Of a stretch of 64,000 nt of DNA, positions 1-9,258 are shown piece by piece. Location of the stretch: assembly GCA_965215505.1 (NCBI GenBank), contig OZ244065.1:4576001-4640000 (forward strand), given 5' to 3'. The translations under genes and the position numbers were made by a program. Position 1 is the first letter of the stretch. Each line of letters opens with the position of its first letter. This stretch comes from Capsulimonadaceae bacterium (lineage in GTDB: Bacteria > Armatimonadota > Armatimonadia > Armatimonadales > Capsulimonadaceae). Below the pieces are notes generated by a model. The model did no database searches. It was given only the letters and a program-made list of their open reading frames with translations, and had not been told where the DNA came from.

Positions 1-232
1 CGGACAATCTGCCCGTCATGACGGCGATGTTGCTGCCCCGCACCAACGCGGGGAGGCTGGGCCTGTGCAGGCGCGTGGTCGTCAGGATGCTATGGGAGCC
101 ATACGGCTCCTTGCTGGCCCGGATGACCGGGAACACGTTCAGGCTCGCGTCGTAGAGGTCCAGGGCTTCGCGGATGGAGTCGTCCCAGTCCTCGGCGGGA
201 GTCTGCGGGGTAGGGTGTTGAATCTCATCCAT
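1..232 (-). CDS. Bifunctional DNA primase/polymerase (Prim-Pol)-like protein, N-terminal part, runs off the window
   Basis: Not in the ORF track. Manual translation from ATG at 232: MDEIQHPTPQTPAEDWDDSIREALDLYDASLNVFPVIRASKEPYGSHSILTTTRLHRPSLPALVRGSNIAVMTGRLS. The pattern AL..Y....VFP....K.P ... NIAV.TG..S is typical of Prim-Pol N-termini. The start overlaps the stop of the 225-437 ORF. Confidence 0.65.
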   Translation of the reverse strand, partial: MDEIQHPTPQTPAEDWDDSIREALDLYDASLNVFPVIRASKEPYGSHSILTTTRLHRPSLPALVRGSNIAVMTGRLS

Positions 233-437
233 GATATTGTGTTGCCGCCCCTCTGAACTCGTCGCGGCTCATCAGCACCGTCTTGCCTCGGTGTCGGTAG
301 GCCGCGAGTACCGTCCGAACGACTCCGGGGTGCGCTCTAACCCACTCCAGCCCCTCGTACTCTCCCGTACCGTCCGGGGTTTTCTTTATCTCGCCCGCCG
401 TCACAGGCACTGCTGACGGCGCGGTTTCGGTAACCAT
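225..437 (-). CDS. Small hypothetical protein of the mobile element (possible excisionase/directionality factor)
   Basis: 70 aa, GAGAGG RBS-like sequence upstream, divergent from the recombinase, coupled to the Prim-Pol-like gene. Confidence 0.5.
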   Translation of the reverse strand: MVTETAPSAVPVTAGEIKKTPDGTGEYEGLEWVRAHPGVVRTVLAAYRHRGKTVLMSRDEFRGAATQYHG

Positions 438-562
438 TTTCTGCCTCTCATAACGCTATGTCACGACTTCGCTGTCCCACCCGACCCGAAAGAGCGTGGT
501 GGAATGACAGCGGCCTCGTGTGGTGCATGATAGTGCCGTGGATGGCCTGCGAACGGAAAATA

Positions 563-592
563 GTTGATAATTTTTTTGAGACCCGGTAAAAT
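563..592 (+). promoter_or_regulatory. Putative sigma70 promoter of the recombinase
   Basis: TTGATA (564-569) and TAAAAT (587-592), 17-nt spacer, in an AT-rich patch. Confidence 0.45.
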
Positions 593-640
593 GAGCAGGG
601 TTTGAAGATCGCAAGAATACTTCCGGTGGACGGGCAGAAC

Positions 641-2293
641 ATGACAAAGAACTTAAAAAGGAACGTGGTCATCTCGAATCAAGTCGTTGATGATGCAGCG
701 GATCGGACAGGTCGGGTTGCGATTCGTGTAAGCGAACAAGGTGACCGTGGGAAGATGAACGATCAAGGAGAAATCGAGCGCGGCTTTTATTCGCCAGAGG
801 TTCAGTCGGAGGCCGCTTCAGAATTGTATGCCCGTCTGGGCATATGGTACGATGCCAAGACATCATTGGACTTGCAGGACATCGACCGCCGCGCCAGTAA
901 AGATGGATCGGTTCTGGCACGCGAAGGCATTCAACAGCATCTTGAGGATGCCAAGAACAAGAAATTCACTGACATCGCCTTTTACAAAGTGTCGCGCATG
1001 GCGCGGTCACCTACAGATGGAATCCAACTTGTCCTCGATTTCATCGCGGCTGGAGTCCGGGTTCACTTCATAAAAGATAAACTGCCCGATGTGAATACCG
1101 CTGTAGGGCAGACTTTTCTTTTCTGGTTTTTGAATCAGGCGCGAGCAGAGTCCGAGAACACGGGCCAATTCATATCCGATACCATCGCCCTCAAGTGGAA
1201 AAAAGGCATTCCGCACGGTGTCACGCACGGCTGGCTCCAAAAGACCAACGGGGCGTACACAATCCAGGAGCAGGGTTGGAAGACCTATCGGCGTTTGATC
1301 GTCTTGGGGCTGGAGGGACACTCATACAGCGCAATCTCCCGTCGGCTGAACACCGAGGGTTTCCCGACGAAGCGCGGGAAATTGTGGACCGCTGCCCAGG
1401 TCTCGGGCATCCTCAGAGTCGAGAACATCCCGAAGTTGCTTGGCACCGCCGTCTGTGATGATCTCCTGGACAAAGAGGGGAGGCCGATCAGAATCCACGG
1501 AGCGTGGCCTGCGCTCATCTCGGAAGAGGAGGCGGCTCAACTACGGTTGCTCGCGCCGATAAAAACAGCCAGTGTGCCGTGTGTCAAGAACCAGCGGACG
1601 AACTACGCCCGTAACCGGTTTTTGCTTTCCGGGATAGTCCGGTGTTCCATATGCGGGGAATCCTTGAACGCTGGACACGGGCACACGAGGGGTGGGGAGT
1701 ACGACACCTACTGCTGCAAGCAGGGGGCCAACGGACATCCGCTTCACGAGGCAGCCCTCCACGACGAGGATGGGGCTTGGGTGAAAGGGAACAAAACCAT
1801 CCAGGTGGACAAGGAGAACCTGGACGAGGCCGTATTGAGAGTCGTCACCCACGGGATGGACGTGCCCGATGTCGAGAAGGCCATGGAAGAGCGCAAGCCG
1901 AAGGCGAAGGCCAAAGTTCGAACCACGGGTGACATCGAGAAAGACGCGATGAAACTGCTCAAGCAAAAGGACGAGATACCGGATTGGCTCTTCGCCAAAC
2001 GGATGCAGGAACTGGATGCGGAGCGGTCTAAGGTGATGAGCGAGATGGAGGACCAGCAAAGCCAGCGGAACTTAGACTTGGCGATGCGGCGCGAGCAGGA
2101 CGAGCAGGTCGCGAAGAAACTCATGATCCGTGCGCTGGTGGCGTCGGCGACGTTCCCGCACTCGCTCCAGGGCAAGCGACGGGTCTACCGGGCGGTCAGG
2201 GTCGTGATGAAGACGGGCGGGGCATACCTCGCGCCGATCCACAAGGAAGATTTCACCGGAGTCCGGGCCGTAGTCCGGGATGACGCTGTATGA
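641..2293 (+). CDS. Large serine recombinase (integrase): resolvase, recombinase and zinc-ribbon domains
   Basis: IRVS catalytic-serine motif; KVSRMARS; GHSYSAISRRLNTEGFPTKRGKLWT recombinase domain; LLSGIVRCSICG...YCC zinc ribbon; C-terminal coiled coil. Start could be 602 or 641. Confidence 0.9.
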   Translation: MTKNLKRNVVISNQVVDDAADRTGRVAIRVSEQGDRGKMNDQGEIERGFYSPEVQSEAASELYARLGIWYDAKTSLDLQDIDRRASKDGSVLAREGIQQHLEDAKNKKFTDIAFYKVSRMARSPTDGIQLVLDFIAAGVRVHFIKDKLPDVNTAVGQTFLFWFLNQARAESENTGQFISDTIALKWKKGIPHGVTHGWLQKTNGAYTIQEQGWKTYRRLIVLGLEGHSYSAISRRLNTEGFPTKRGKLWTAAQVSGILRVENIPKLLGTAVCDDLLDKEGRPIRIHGAWPALISEEEAAQLRLLAPIKTASVPCVKNQRTNYARNRFLLSGIVRCSICGESLNAGHGHTRGGEYDTYCCKQGANGHPLHEAALHDEDGAWVKGNKTIQVDKENLDEAVLRVVTHGMDVPDVEKAMEERKPKAKAKVRTTGDIEKDAMKLLKQKDEIPDWLFAKRMQELDAERSKVMSEMEDQQSQRNLDLAMRREQDEQVAKKLMIRALVASATFPHSLQGKRRVYRAVRVVMKTGGAYLAPIHKEDFTGVRAVVRDDAV

Positions 2294-2510
2294 CTCAGAA
2301 GGGGCGAAGAGTCCCGCGCCCGGACATCCCATCCGCTCCGCACCATTGTGTCAGGCAACCGGAAGCGATTCCCGCCCGCCCGCTTGAAAGATCACATTCC
2401 GTGGTATAGTAATTGTATCCCAAGATTGATTGGGTCAGGTTCTTGCAAAACCCTCGCCGACATTTTCCCGTCGAACCGCCCCGCGGCGAGGAAGCAGCGC
2501 ATGAACCATC

Positions 2511-3470
2511 ATGGCCTATCACCAGACCGAACAGCCGCACGGCCCTGTTGACCTTTCCTTTCCGGTCCCGGATCACGCCCGCGTTGTCGCCGTCGGTGCC
2601 TCGGCGGGCGGGCTACAGGCCCTCGGCCTAATCCTGGCCGCCCTGCCTGCCCACTTCCCCGCGCCCGTCCTTGTCGTCCAGCACCTGTCCCCCGACTTCC
2701 CCAGCCAACTCGCCCGCCTCCTGGGACGCCACACGGCCCTGCACGTCAAGCAGGCCGCCCAGGGCGACCGCCTCCGGGCGGGCTGGGTGTACGTCGCCCC
2801 ACCCGGAAAGCACCTGTTGGCCTGTGCCGACGGGAGCCTCGCGCTGACCCTCACCCACAAAGTGCACCACTGCCGCCCGTCCGCCGACGTGCTGCTCACC
2901 TCCGTGGCGGCCAGTTTCGGGGTCCGGGCGGTCGGCGTGATCCTGACGGGCGGCGACGGGGACGGTGCGGCGGGCATCCAGGCAATCAAGGCAGCGGGCG
3001 GTGTCACCATCGCCCAAGACCTGTCCAGCAGCCAGCAACCCAGTATGCCTCGAAACGCCGCCGCGACGGGGGACGTGGACCATGTGCTGCCGTTGTCCGA
3101 CATCGCCGCCGCTCTGATGGCTCTAACGGGTCCGGGGGGGCAGTCTGCCACTGAAAGAGAACGCCCCAGCGAAGACGAGACCGAGGTCCATGAGAATGGG
3201 AACCGGGCGGGGCGTTTCGAGTGTGACAGGGTCAATGAGAGGGCGCGGGTGAGGCGGAACCGCGTCGCAGGTCTGCTGAAGCGGGCGCAGGCGACGCCGA
3301 CTTCCCCTGGCCTCCTGGAGGAGGCGGTCGCAGAACTTGCGGCCTGTTCGGGGGCGTTGGGGGTGGCGGAGGAGGCTTTACGGGTGCAAAGTGACGTTAT
3401 CACATCGTACTGGCTGGCTCTCGGGGCCGAAGCCGCAGGGCCGCCGACCCGCGGAACGTCCCCTTCCTGA
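2511..3470 (+). CDS. cheB: Stand-alone CheB-type methylesterase with a C-terminal acidic helix extension
   Basis: GASAGG, VQHL, RPSAD, LTGGDGDG motifs (Ser/His/Asp triad); no receiver domain. Confidence 0.85.
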   Translation: MAYHQTEQPHGPVDLSFPVPDHARVVAVGASAGGLQALGLILAALPAHFPAPVLVVQHLSPDFPSQLARLLGRHTALHVKQAAQGDRLRAGWVYVAPPGKHLLACADGSLALTLTHKVHHCRPSADVLLTSVAASFGVRAVGVILTGGDGDGAAGIQAIKAAGGVTIAQDLSSSQQPSMPRNAAATGDVDHVLPLSDIAAALMALTGPGGQSATERERPSEDETEVHENGNRAGRFECDRVNERARVRRNRVAGLLKRAQATPTSPGLLEEAVAELAACSGALGVAEEALRVQSDVITSYWLALGAEAAGPPTRGTSPS

Positions 3471-3525
3471 GAGGGAAAGTATTCGGAGGAATGATTGAGG
3501 AAAATCATTCAGAACTGAGACAACC

Positions 3526-4704
3526 ATGGCCCGTGCGAAACTGCTGCTCCAGGAGATCGAGACCTACGCTCAAAATATAGGCGATACCGTCCGAGACCCC
3601 CTGGTCATCCTCGACAGGGACCTGCGCGTCAAGTCCGCGAACCGGTCGTTCTATAAGACGTTCCAGACCTCGCCCGAGGACACGGAGGACTGCCTGATCA
3701 GCGAACTCGGCAACGGCCAGTGGGACCTGCCCCCGCTGCTGGCCCTGCTGCGCGACATCCTCCCCACCAAGGGCCACTTCGACGACTTCGAAGTGACGCA
3801 CGACTTCCCCTGCATCGGCCAGCGGACCATGCTGCTGAACGCCCGCAAGCTGTACCGTCCAGGCAACCGCACCGTCCTGCTCGTCCTCGACATCGAGGAC
3901 ATCACCGAGCGCAAGCGGACCGAGACGCGGCTCGCCGCCGCCCAGCAGCGCGACAGACGGATCGCCTCCACCCTCCAGCGCGCCCTGCTGTTCATGCCCC
4001 CGGAGGACGCCTTCCCAGGGCTGGAGGTCAAGATGCTGCACGAGGCGGCCTCCGAGGAGGCCCTGGTGGGCGGCGACTTCTGGGATATGTTCGCCTACGA
4101 CAACGGCCACGTTGCCCTGGTGATCGGGGACGTCATGGGCCATGGGCTGACGGCGGCGGTGTTCACGGCGGAGATCAGGTTCATCCTGCGGGCCTTCCTG
4201 CGGGAACACGAGCGGCCCGGTTTTGTCCTGAACAACCTAAACGCCTACCTGTGCGAGAGCCACCGCCTGTTCCGGGAGGGGCTGAATGATGAGGGGGACG
4301 AGGCCCCCGTGTGCCTGGCCTTGGCGGTGATCCACGCCGCGTCGGGGGAGGGCGTGGTGGCGTCGGCTGGGATGGAGCCGCCACTGCTGATCCGGGCGGG
4401 CACGGGGATCGATCAAGTGGCGGTGTCGGGTCTGCTGCTGGGGGTCGAGGCGGACCAGGAGTACCAGGCGGTTCCGTTCCGCCTGGAACACGGGGACACG
4501 CTCCTGCTGACGACGGACGGGATCACGGAGGCGCGGCGGGGCAAGGAGTTCTTGGACACGGCGGGCCTGATGCGTCTGGTGCGGGAGGCCCCGCTGCGGG
4601 GGAACCTGGAACAGACGGCGCAGTCCATTTTGGCGGGGGCGCGGGAGTTTGGGGGCGGCAGGTTCCGGGATGATGTGTGCCTGGTGATGGCGCGACGCCT
4701 GTGA
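3526..4704 (+). CDS. PAS plus SpoIIE/PP2C (RsbU-like) phosphatase
   Basis: N-terminal PAS like the one at the end of CheBR fusions (TVRDPLVILD...ANRSFY..F...LGNGQW). PP2C motifs VGGDFWD, GDVMGHG, TDGITEA, DDVCL. Confidence 0.9.
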   Translation: MARAKLLLQEIETYAQNIGDTVRDPLVILDRDLRVKSANRSFYKTFQTSPEDTEDCLISELGNGQWDLPPLLALLRDILPTKGHFDDFEVTHDFPCIGQRTMLLNARKLYRPGNRTVLLVLDIEDITERKRTETRLAAAQQRDRRIASTLQRALLFMPPEDAFPGLEVKMLHEAASEEALVGGDFWDMFAYDNGHVALVIGDVMGHGLTAAVFTAEIRFILRAFLREHERPGFVLNNLNAYLCESHRLFREGLNDEGDEAPVCLALAVIHAASGEGVVASAGMEPPLLIRAGTGIDQVAVSGLLLGVEADQEYQAVPFRLEHGDTLLLTTDGITEARRGKEFLDTAGLMRLVREAPLRGNLEQTAQSILAGAREFGGGRFRDDVCLVMARRL

Positions 4705-4841
4705 CGGAAGTCGCCCCGTGTAACGCGGGGCTTCAACCGTCGCGGGCGAGTGCGGGAAGATTTTGGCGTCGGGTGTCCGTTAAATCATGGCTTCGTTGGA
4801 GTCAGGTACTCAGGAGACGGCAGCGTCGGGAGACAAGCGCA

Positions 4842-5426
4842 ATGGGGGATGAGATGCTCGCGCCGACTGGGGGGCCAGTCGGCCCTTCTCCAGAGGCCCC
4901 GGACCCCACGCCTTCCATGCAGGAACACCCCTCCACTCGGGCACGGACGACGCCCCCACCGTTGTCGCTGCTGGACAAAGCCTTGGTGGAATTGGAAGCC
5001 TGCCTCGAAGCCCTGCGGGTGGCCGAGGGAGTCATCCGGGCGCAGAATGGGGTCCTGAAGGAGTACCGTATGGCCCGCCACGCCGAGCGGCGTCGATACC
5101 TGGACCTGTTGGCGTATGTGTCCGACGCGCTCCTGGTCACCGACGTGGACGGCCTGATCCTGGAGGCAAGCCCCGCCGCTGCCCGCCTGCTGTCGGGGTC
5201 TCGGCGTCTCCGCGCTGGCAAGCCCATCGCCCGGTTCTTCACGCATGACAGGCGGGTGGCCCTGCTCGGGGCAGTGCGGGCCACCGGGGGCGGGGCCGCC
5301 TGGGAGGGTGACCTGTGGATCAAGCCGCGGCTCGGCGTGGCCTTCTTCGCCTTCGTCACCGTCACGCCCGTGCCTGCCGCCAAGGACGTCCCGCCCGCCC
5401 TGCGCTGGCTGATTCGTCCCGCCTGA
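4842..5426 (+). CDS. Coiled-coil plus PAS domain protein
   Basis: LLDKALVELEACLEALRVAE helix, then RYLDLL..VSDALLVTD.DG.I.EA..AA PAS; paralogous to the N-terminus of 6065-8341. Start uncertain. Confidence 0.7.
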   Translation: MGDEMLAPTGGPVGPSPEAPDPTPSMQEHPSTRARTTPPPLSLLDKALVELEACLEALRVAEGVIRAQNGVLKEYRMARHAERRRYLDLLAYVSDALLVTDVDGLILEASPAAARLLSGSRRLRAGKPIARFFTHDRRVALLGAVRATGGGAAWEGDLWIKPRLGVAFFAFVTVTPVPAAKDVPPALRWLIRPA

Positions 5427-5522
5427 CTGCGTGCCCCCCACGAGCCATGTGCCTCACTGGACTGAACTCGGGGAGTGGCAGGGTGGGCAACACTCGCGGT
5501 CTGATGCTGCGCCGCTCCGACG

Positions 5523-5951
5523 CTACACCCTCGACTTGAGGCGTTTTTCCGCGACGACCGTCGTACCCGTCGGGTGTGACGTGCGGAACTCCACGTTATC
5601 GGCGAGGCTCCTGACGAGGTGCAGACCGAATCCGCCGAACCTCTCCGTTCCATCCACGTCTGCGCGGGCTGACCCGACCGGAGGCAACGAAGCCGTGTCC
5701 AACCCCGGACCGTAGTCGGCCACGCTCAACGTCACCCGGTCAACGTGGTATTCGAACCGCACCTGGAAATAGCCAGCAGAGGAGCGGGCGTGCAGTGTGG
5801 CGTTCGAGGCGAGTTCACCCAGGATGACCTCGACGTCCGTGATGTCGTCGGCGGCCACGCCGTGGCGTTCCAGGAGCAGCCGAGCCATATGGCGGATGAT
5901 GGGCACGAACGCGTGGTCTTCGGGCAGGTCGAGCGCGAGGGCGGTCTTCAT
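5523..5951 (-). CDS. RsbW/SpoIIAB-like anti-sigma factor Ser/Thr kinase (HATPase_c)
   Basis: ELASNATLHA N box, DYGPG G1 box, GGFGLHLV G2 box; 142 aa. Confidence 0.88.
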   Translation of the reverse strand: MKTALALDLPEDHAFVPIIRHMARLLLERHGVAADDITDVEVILGELASNATLHARSSAGYFQVRFEYHVDRVTLSVADYGPGLDTASLPPVGSARADVDGTERFGGFGLHLVRSLADNVEFRTSHPTGTTVVAEKRLKSRV

Positions 5952-6064
5952 GGCCCTTGTCTTTCTGCCCCCCCGCGGGTGCGCGACTGGTGACTAAATG
6001 CTTTACTATACCCAGCCTGTGGTCGTATCGTAGAACCGTAACCCTCAAGGTGCGAAAATTCCGT

Positions 6065-8341
6065 TCAGTCGCCCACGGCTCCAATCAGCAGGCACACGTC
6101 GTCGCCGACGACGCCCTGCGCGTGGGCCTCCATGCCCGCGATCAGACGCCCCGCCACGCACTCCGCCACTTCCTGCGCGGTTTCACCCGCGCTCGGTGCA
6201 CAGGCCAGAAGCAGGGCCTCAACGCCCTCCACCCCCAGCATCTCGCGGCGCGTCGGCCCCGCGTCCGTCAGGCCGTCCGTAAACAGGGCGAGGCAGTCCG
6301 ACGGGGCCAGTGAAATCCGCTCCTCCCGGAAGGTGGCACCCGAGATTGATCCCAGGATCGGACCCGTCGGGAGAAGCTGCTCCACCGCCCCGGTCGCGGC
6401 GCGCCACAGCAGGCCAGGTTCCTGACCCGCATTGACGTAGTTGAGCGTCCGCGCCCCGCTGTCGTAGGCCCCGACGAACAGGGTGGCGAAACCGGTCAGC
6501 AGGCCGTTCTCCGCCAGCGTCCGGTTGAGCGCGGTGACGGCCTCGGCCAGCGTCGGCAGCGTGTACAGGAAGGCGCGCAGCATATTCCGCAGGGTCGCCA
6601 GTTGCGAGGCCGCCGCCAGCCCTTTCCCGCTGACGTCGCCCACGACCAGGGCGTGGCACCCGTTCTCCACGGGGAACACGTCGTAGAAGTCCCCGCCGAT
6701 CTCGGCTTCGGTCAAGGCCGCCTGGTAGTGCCCGACCACGGCCAGGCCCGGAATGTCTGCGGAGTTCGTAGGACGTAGCGCGTCCTGGAGTTGCGCGGCG
6801 ATGGCGCGCTCCCGCTGGTTGGCGCGGGCCGTTTCCACTGCCGCACGCACCTGGGCGGCCACCGCCTCCACCGTTTCTACCTCGTCCGCCGTCCACTTCC
6901 TCGGCTGGTCCGCCATCGCCACTACGAAAGCCGCGGTGGGGCGACCCCGGTCGTAGAACGGCACGCCGACCAGCGACCGCTCGCCGATCCGCTCGAAGGC
7001 CGCCGCCGTCTCCGAAGAGAGCGGCCCCCTGCGGACATCCTCGATGACCACCGTCTGCCCTCCCCGAAACACCTCCTCGACGGCCAGACCCATCTCCGAG
7101 AGGCGGTACTCGCCCGCAAGCGGCGGGAGGTGCGGGCGGTGCCAGTCCTCCTCCACCGTGCAGCGGTCCTGGGGTACGTCGTAGAGAACGTAGAAGCACC
7201 GGTCCGCAGCCAGGTGCTCCCCCAACACGGCGAGAGCGGTCGCCTGCACGACACGCAGGTTCGCCGAGGCGCGGGCCGCCAACCCGACCCGGTTGATGAC
7301 GGCCTCCCGCTCGGCCCGCGCCTCGGCCTCGATGAGAAGCTGTTCCCGCTCCTGCTCCAGTTCCCACCGCTCGGTGATGTCCGTCGCGGTCCCCACCCAC
7401 CGGAGGACACGGCCCGCCCCGTCTTTGACGGGCACCGAGCGGCCCAGGTGCCACCGGTAGACGCCGTCGGCGCGGCGCAGGCGGTACTCGACCTCGGATG
7501 GCACCCCCGCCTCAAGAGCGGCCCGCCAGACGGAAGTCGCCCGTGCGACGTCGTCGGGGTGGATCACGGGCTGCCAGCCCCAATCCCGCGTCTGCTCGAA
7601 GGTCAAGCCGCTGAACTCGTACCAGACCTTGTTGTAGTAGTCGATGCCGCCGCCCGGTCCTGTCGTCCAGGCGATCTGGGGCATGGTGTCGGCCAGCAGG
7701 CGGTACCGCTCCTCCTCGGCCTGGCGGCGCGGGGCGGCGTCGCGAACCAGCCAGCGCAGGCCCGCGGGCTGGCCGCCCCGGTCGCGCACGACGGTGACGG
7801 TCACGGCGGCGTCAACGGGCGCACCGCTCCGGGGCCGTAGCCGCAGGTCCCGCTCCGTGGCGACCGAGGGTGGCTGATTGCCGCTCAAAAGAGGCCCTGC
7901 CTGGGCGAGGACGGTGAGGTCGCGATAGAACGCTGCCCGCGCCTCTTCCGAGACGTAGACGGCCAGTGGCTTGCCGATCAGGGCTGGCCGCCTTCGGAAA
8001 CCCAGGAGCGACACGGCGGCCTCGTTCACCTCCCCGATGATGCCGCCCATGTCGGTAACGAAGTAGGCGTCCGGGGCGGACTCGAACAGGTCCTGGTACC
8101 GCCGCCGCTCGTCCTCCAGGGCGAGGCGTGAGGCGAGCAGCGCCTCGTTCTGAACGCGCAGTTCCTCCTCGGTGACGAGCAACTCCTCGATGGTGGTGCC
8201 GAGTTCCGCGAACGCCTGGTCCAGCAGTCTGCCCGACTCGCCGCCCGCACTGGCCCGTTCGGTGAGTCCCACGACCCGCTCCCGGATGGCGGCAAACTGA
8301 CGGGCGAATGGCTCGAACGGGAGTTGGTCTTCTTGTCTCAT
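6065..8341 (-). CDS. PAS-PAS-GAF-PP2C (SpoIIE family) phosphatase
   Basis: Coiled coil, two PAS domains (IHPDD, RRADGVYRW), GAF (LAADRC), then GGDFYD, GDVSGKG, FTDGL, DDVCL. ATG at 8341 chosen as start. Confidence 0.9.
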   Translation of the reverse strand: MRQEDQLPFEPFARQFAAIRERVVGLTERASAGGESGRLLDQAFAELGTTIEELLVTEEELRVQNEALLASRLALEDERRRYQDLFESAPDAYFVTDMGGIIGEVNEAAVSLLGFRRRPALIGKPLAVYVSEEARAAFYRDLTVLAQAGPLLSGNQPPSVATERDLRLRPRSGAPVDAAVTVTVVRDRGGQPAGLRWLVRDAAPRRQAEEERYRLLADTMPQIAWTTGPGGGIDYYNKVWYEFSGLTFEQTRDWGWQPVIHPDDVARATSVWRAALEAGVPSEVEYRLRRADGVYRWHLGRSVPVKDGAGRVLRWVGTATDITERWELEQEREQLLIEAEARAEREAVINRVGLAARASANLRVVQATALAVLGEHLAADRCFYVLYDVPQDRCTVEEDWHRPHLPPLAGEYRLSEMGLAVEEVFRGGQTVVIEDVRRGPLSSETAAAFERIGERSLVGVPFYDRGRPTAAFVVAMADQPRKWTADEVETVEAVAAQVRAAVETARANQRERAIAAQLQDALRPTNSADIPGLAVVGHYQAALTEAEIGGDFYDVFPVENGCHALVVGDVSGKGLAAASQLATLRNMLRAFLYTLPTLAEAVTALNRTLAENGLLTGFATLFVGAYDSGARTLNYVNAGQEPGLLWRAATGAVEQLLPTGPILGSISGATFREERISLAPSDCLALFTDGLTDAGPTRREMLGVEGVEALLLACAPSAGETAQEVAECVAGRLIAGMEAHAQGVVGDDVCLLIGAVGD

Positions 8342-8537
8342 GCCTACTCTTGTTCCTGACTTCCGTTCCGTCCAGGCCGCGCACCGAAGCCGCGCTTCCC
8401 GCGGCACCCACACCGCGCCCGTGTGAAAAGGCGCAAGCAGCCAAGCCCGAGTGATTGTAACACGAATCACTCCGTTCGGCAAGGGCGAGGTACGGGACGA
8501 GGAATGACGGGGGCTTGGGAGGCGGCGATCACTGACA

Positions 8538-9107
8538 TCACGGGGCACAGGCGAGTTCGGTCAGGACGGCGGCGATGTCCGTGGGAGGCAGGACATACTG
8601 CACGCGGGCGCGGGCGATGGCGTTGCGGGGCATGGCGGGGAAGAGGGCGTCGGCGGGTTCCTGCGCGATGCTGGCCCCGCCGTGCCTGTTGATCTCGATC
8701 AGGCCAGCTGTGCCGTCGTCGAGCACCCCGGACAGGACCACCCCGACGACGCGGCTCCCGTAAGCCCGTGCCGCCGAGCGGAACAATGGATCGACGGCGG
8801 GGCGCGTGTGGTGTTCCCGTGCGGCCAGGGACAGGCGCAGCACCGCCTGCTCGACGAGGAGATGATGGCCTGGGGGCGCAACGTAGATGTGGCCCGACCG
8901 GATGGCCTCGCCGTCCTGTGCGTGCGTGGCGGGGAGCGGGCCGCTCCTGCTCAGGATGTCTGGGAGTACACTGCGGCTGTCTGCGGGGATGTGGACGGCC
9001 ACGCAGACGGCGGCGGACAGATCGGGCGGGAGGCCGCCGACCAACTCTGTCAGTGCCGTCACGCCGCCCGCGGAGGCTCCAATCACGATGATGTCATGTC
9101 TGGGCAC
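8538..9107 (-). CDS. cheB: Stand-alone CheB-type methylesterase
   Basis: GASAGG, AVHI, RPAVDPLFRSAA, LSGVLDDG motifs. Confidence 0.88.
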   Translation of the reverse strand: MPRHDIIVIGASAGGVTALTELVGGLPPDLSAAVCVAVHIPADSRSVLPDILSRSGPLPATHAQDGEAIRSGHIYVAPPGHHLLVEQAVLRLSLAAREHHTRPAVDPLFRSAARAYGSRVVGVVLSGVLDDGTAGLIEINRHGGASIAQEPADALFPAMPRNAIARARVQYVLPPTDIAAVLTELACAP

Positions 9108-9258
9108 GGTTGCTGACCGTTCGCCTTTTACTTGTCATTCGCGTAGTCTACCCGGTGGAGGACGAGGGCTAACCCACAAACGCTTCGATGGCGGAGCAGT
9201 GAGCGCGGTCGTAAGGACCCGTCTTATGCAGAACTACTTAGGGTGCGCTAAATCAGGA

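Larger units (their letters stand above)
1..2293. mobile_element. End of an integrative element (serine integrase plus Prim-Pol replication module); boundaries uncertain
   Basis: Integrase, divergent small ORF and Prim-Pol-like gene; visibly lower GC than the core genes. Confidence 0.65.

Noticed and set aside
2511-9107. Chemotaxis operon
   Set aside because: No cheA, cheW, cheY or MCP, and both CheB proteins lack receiver domains.
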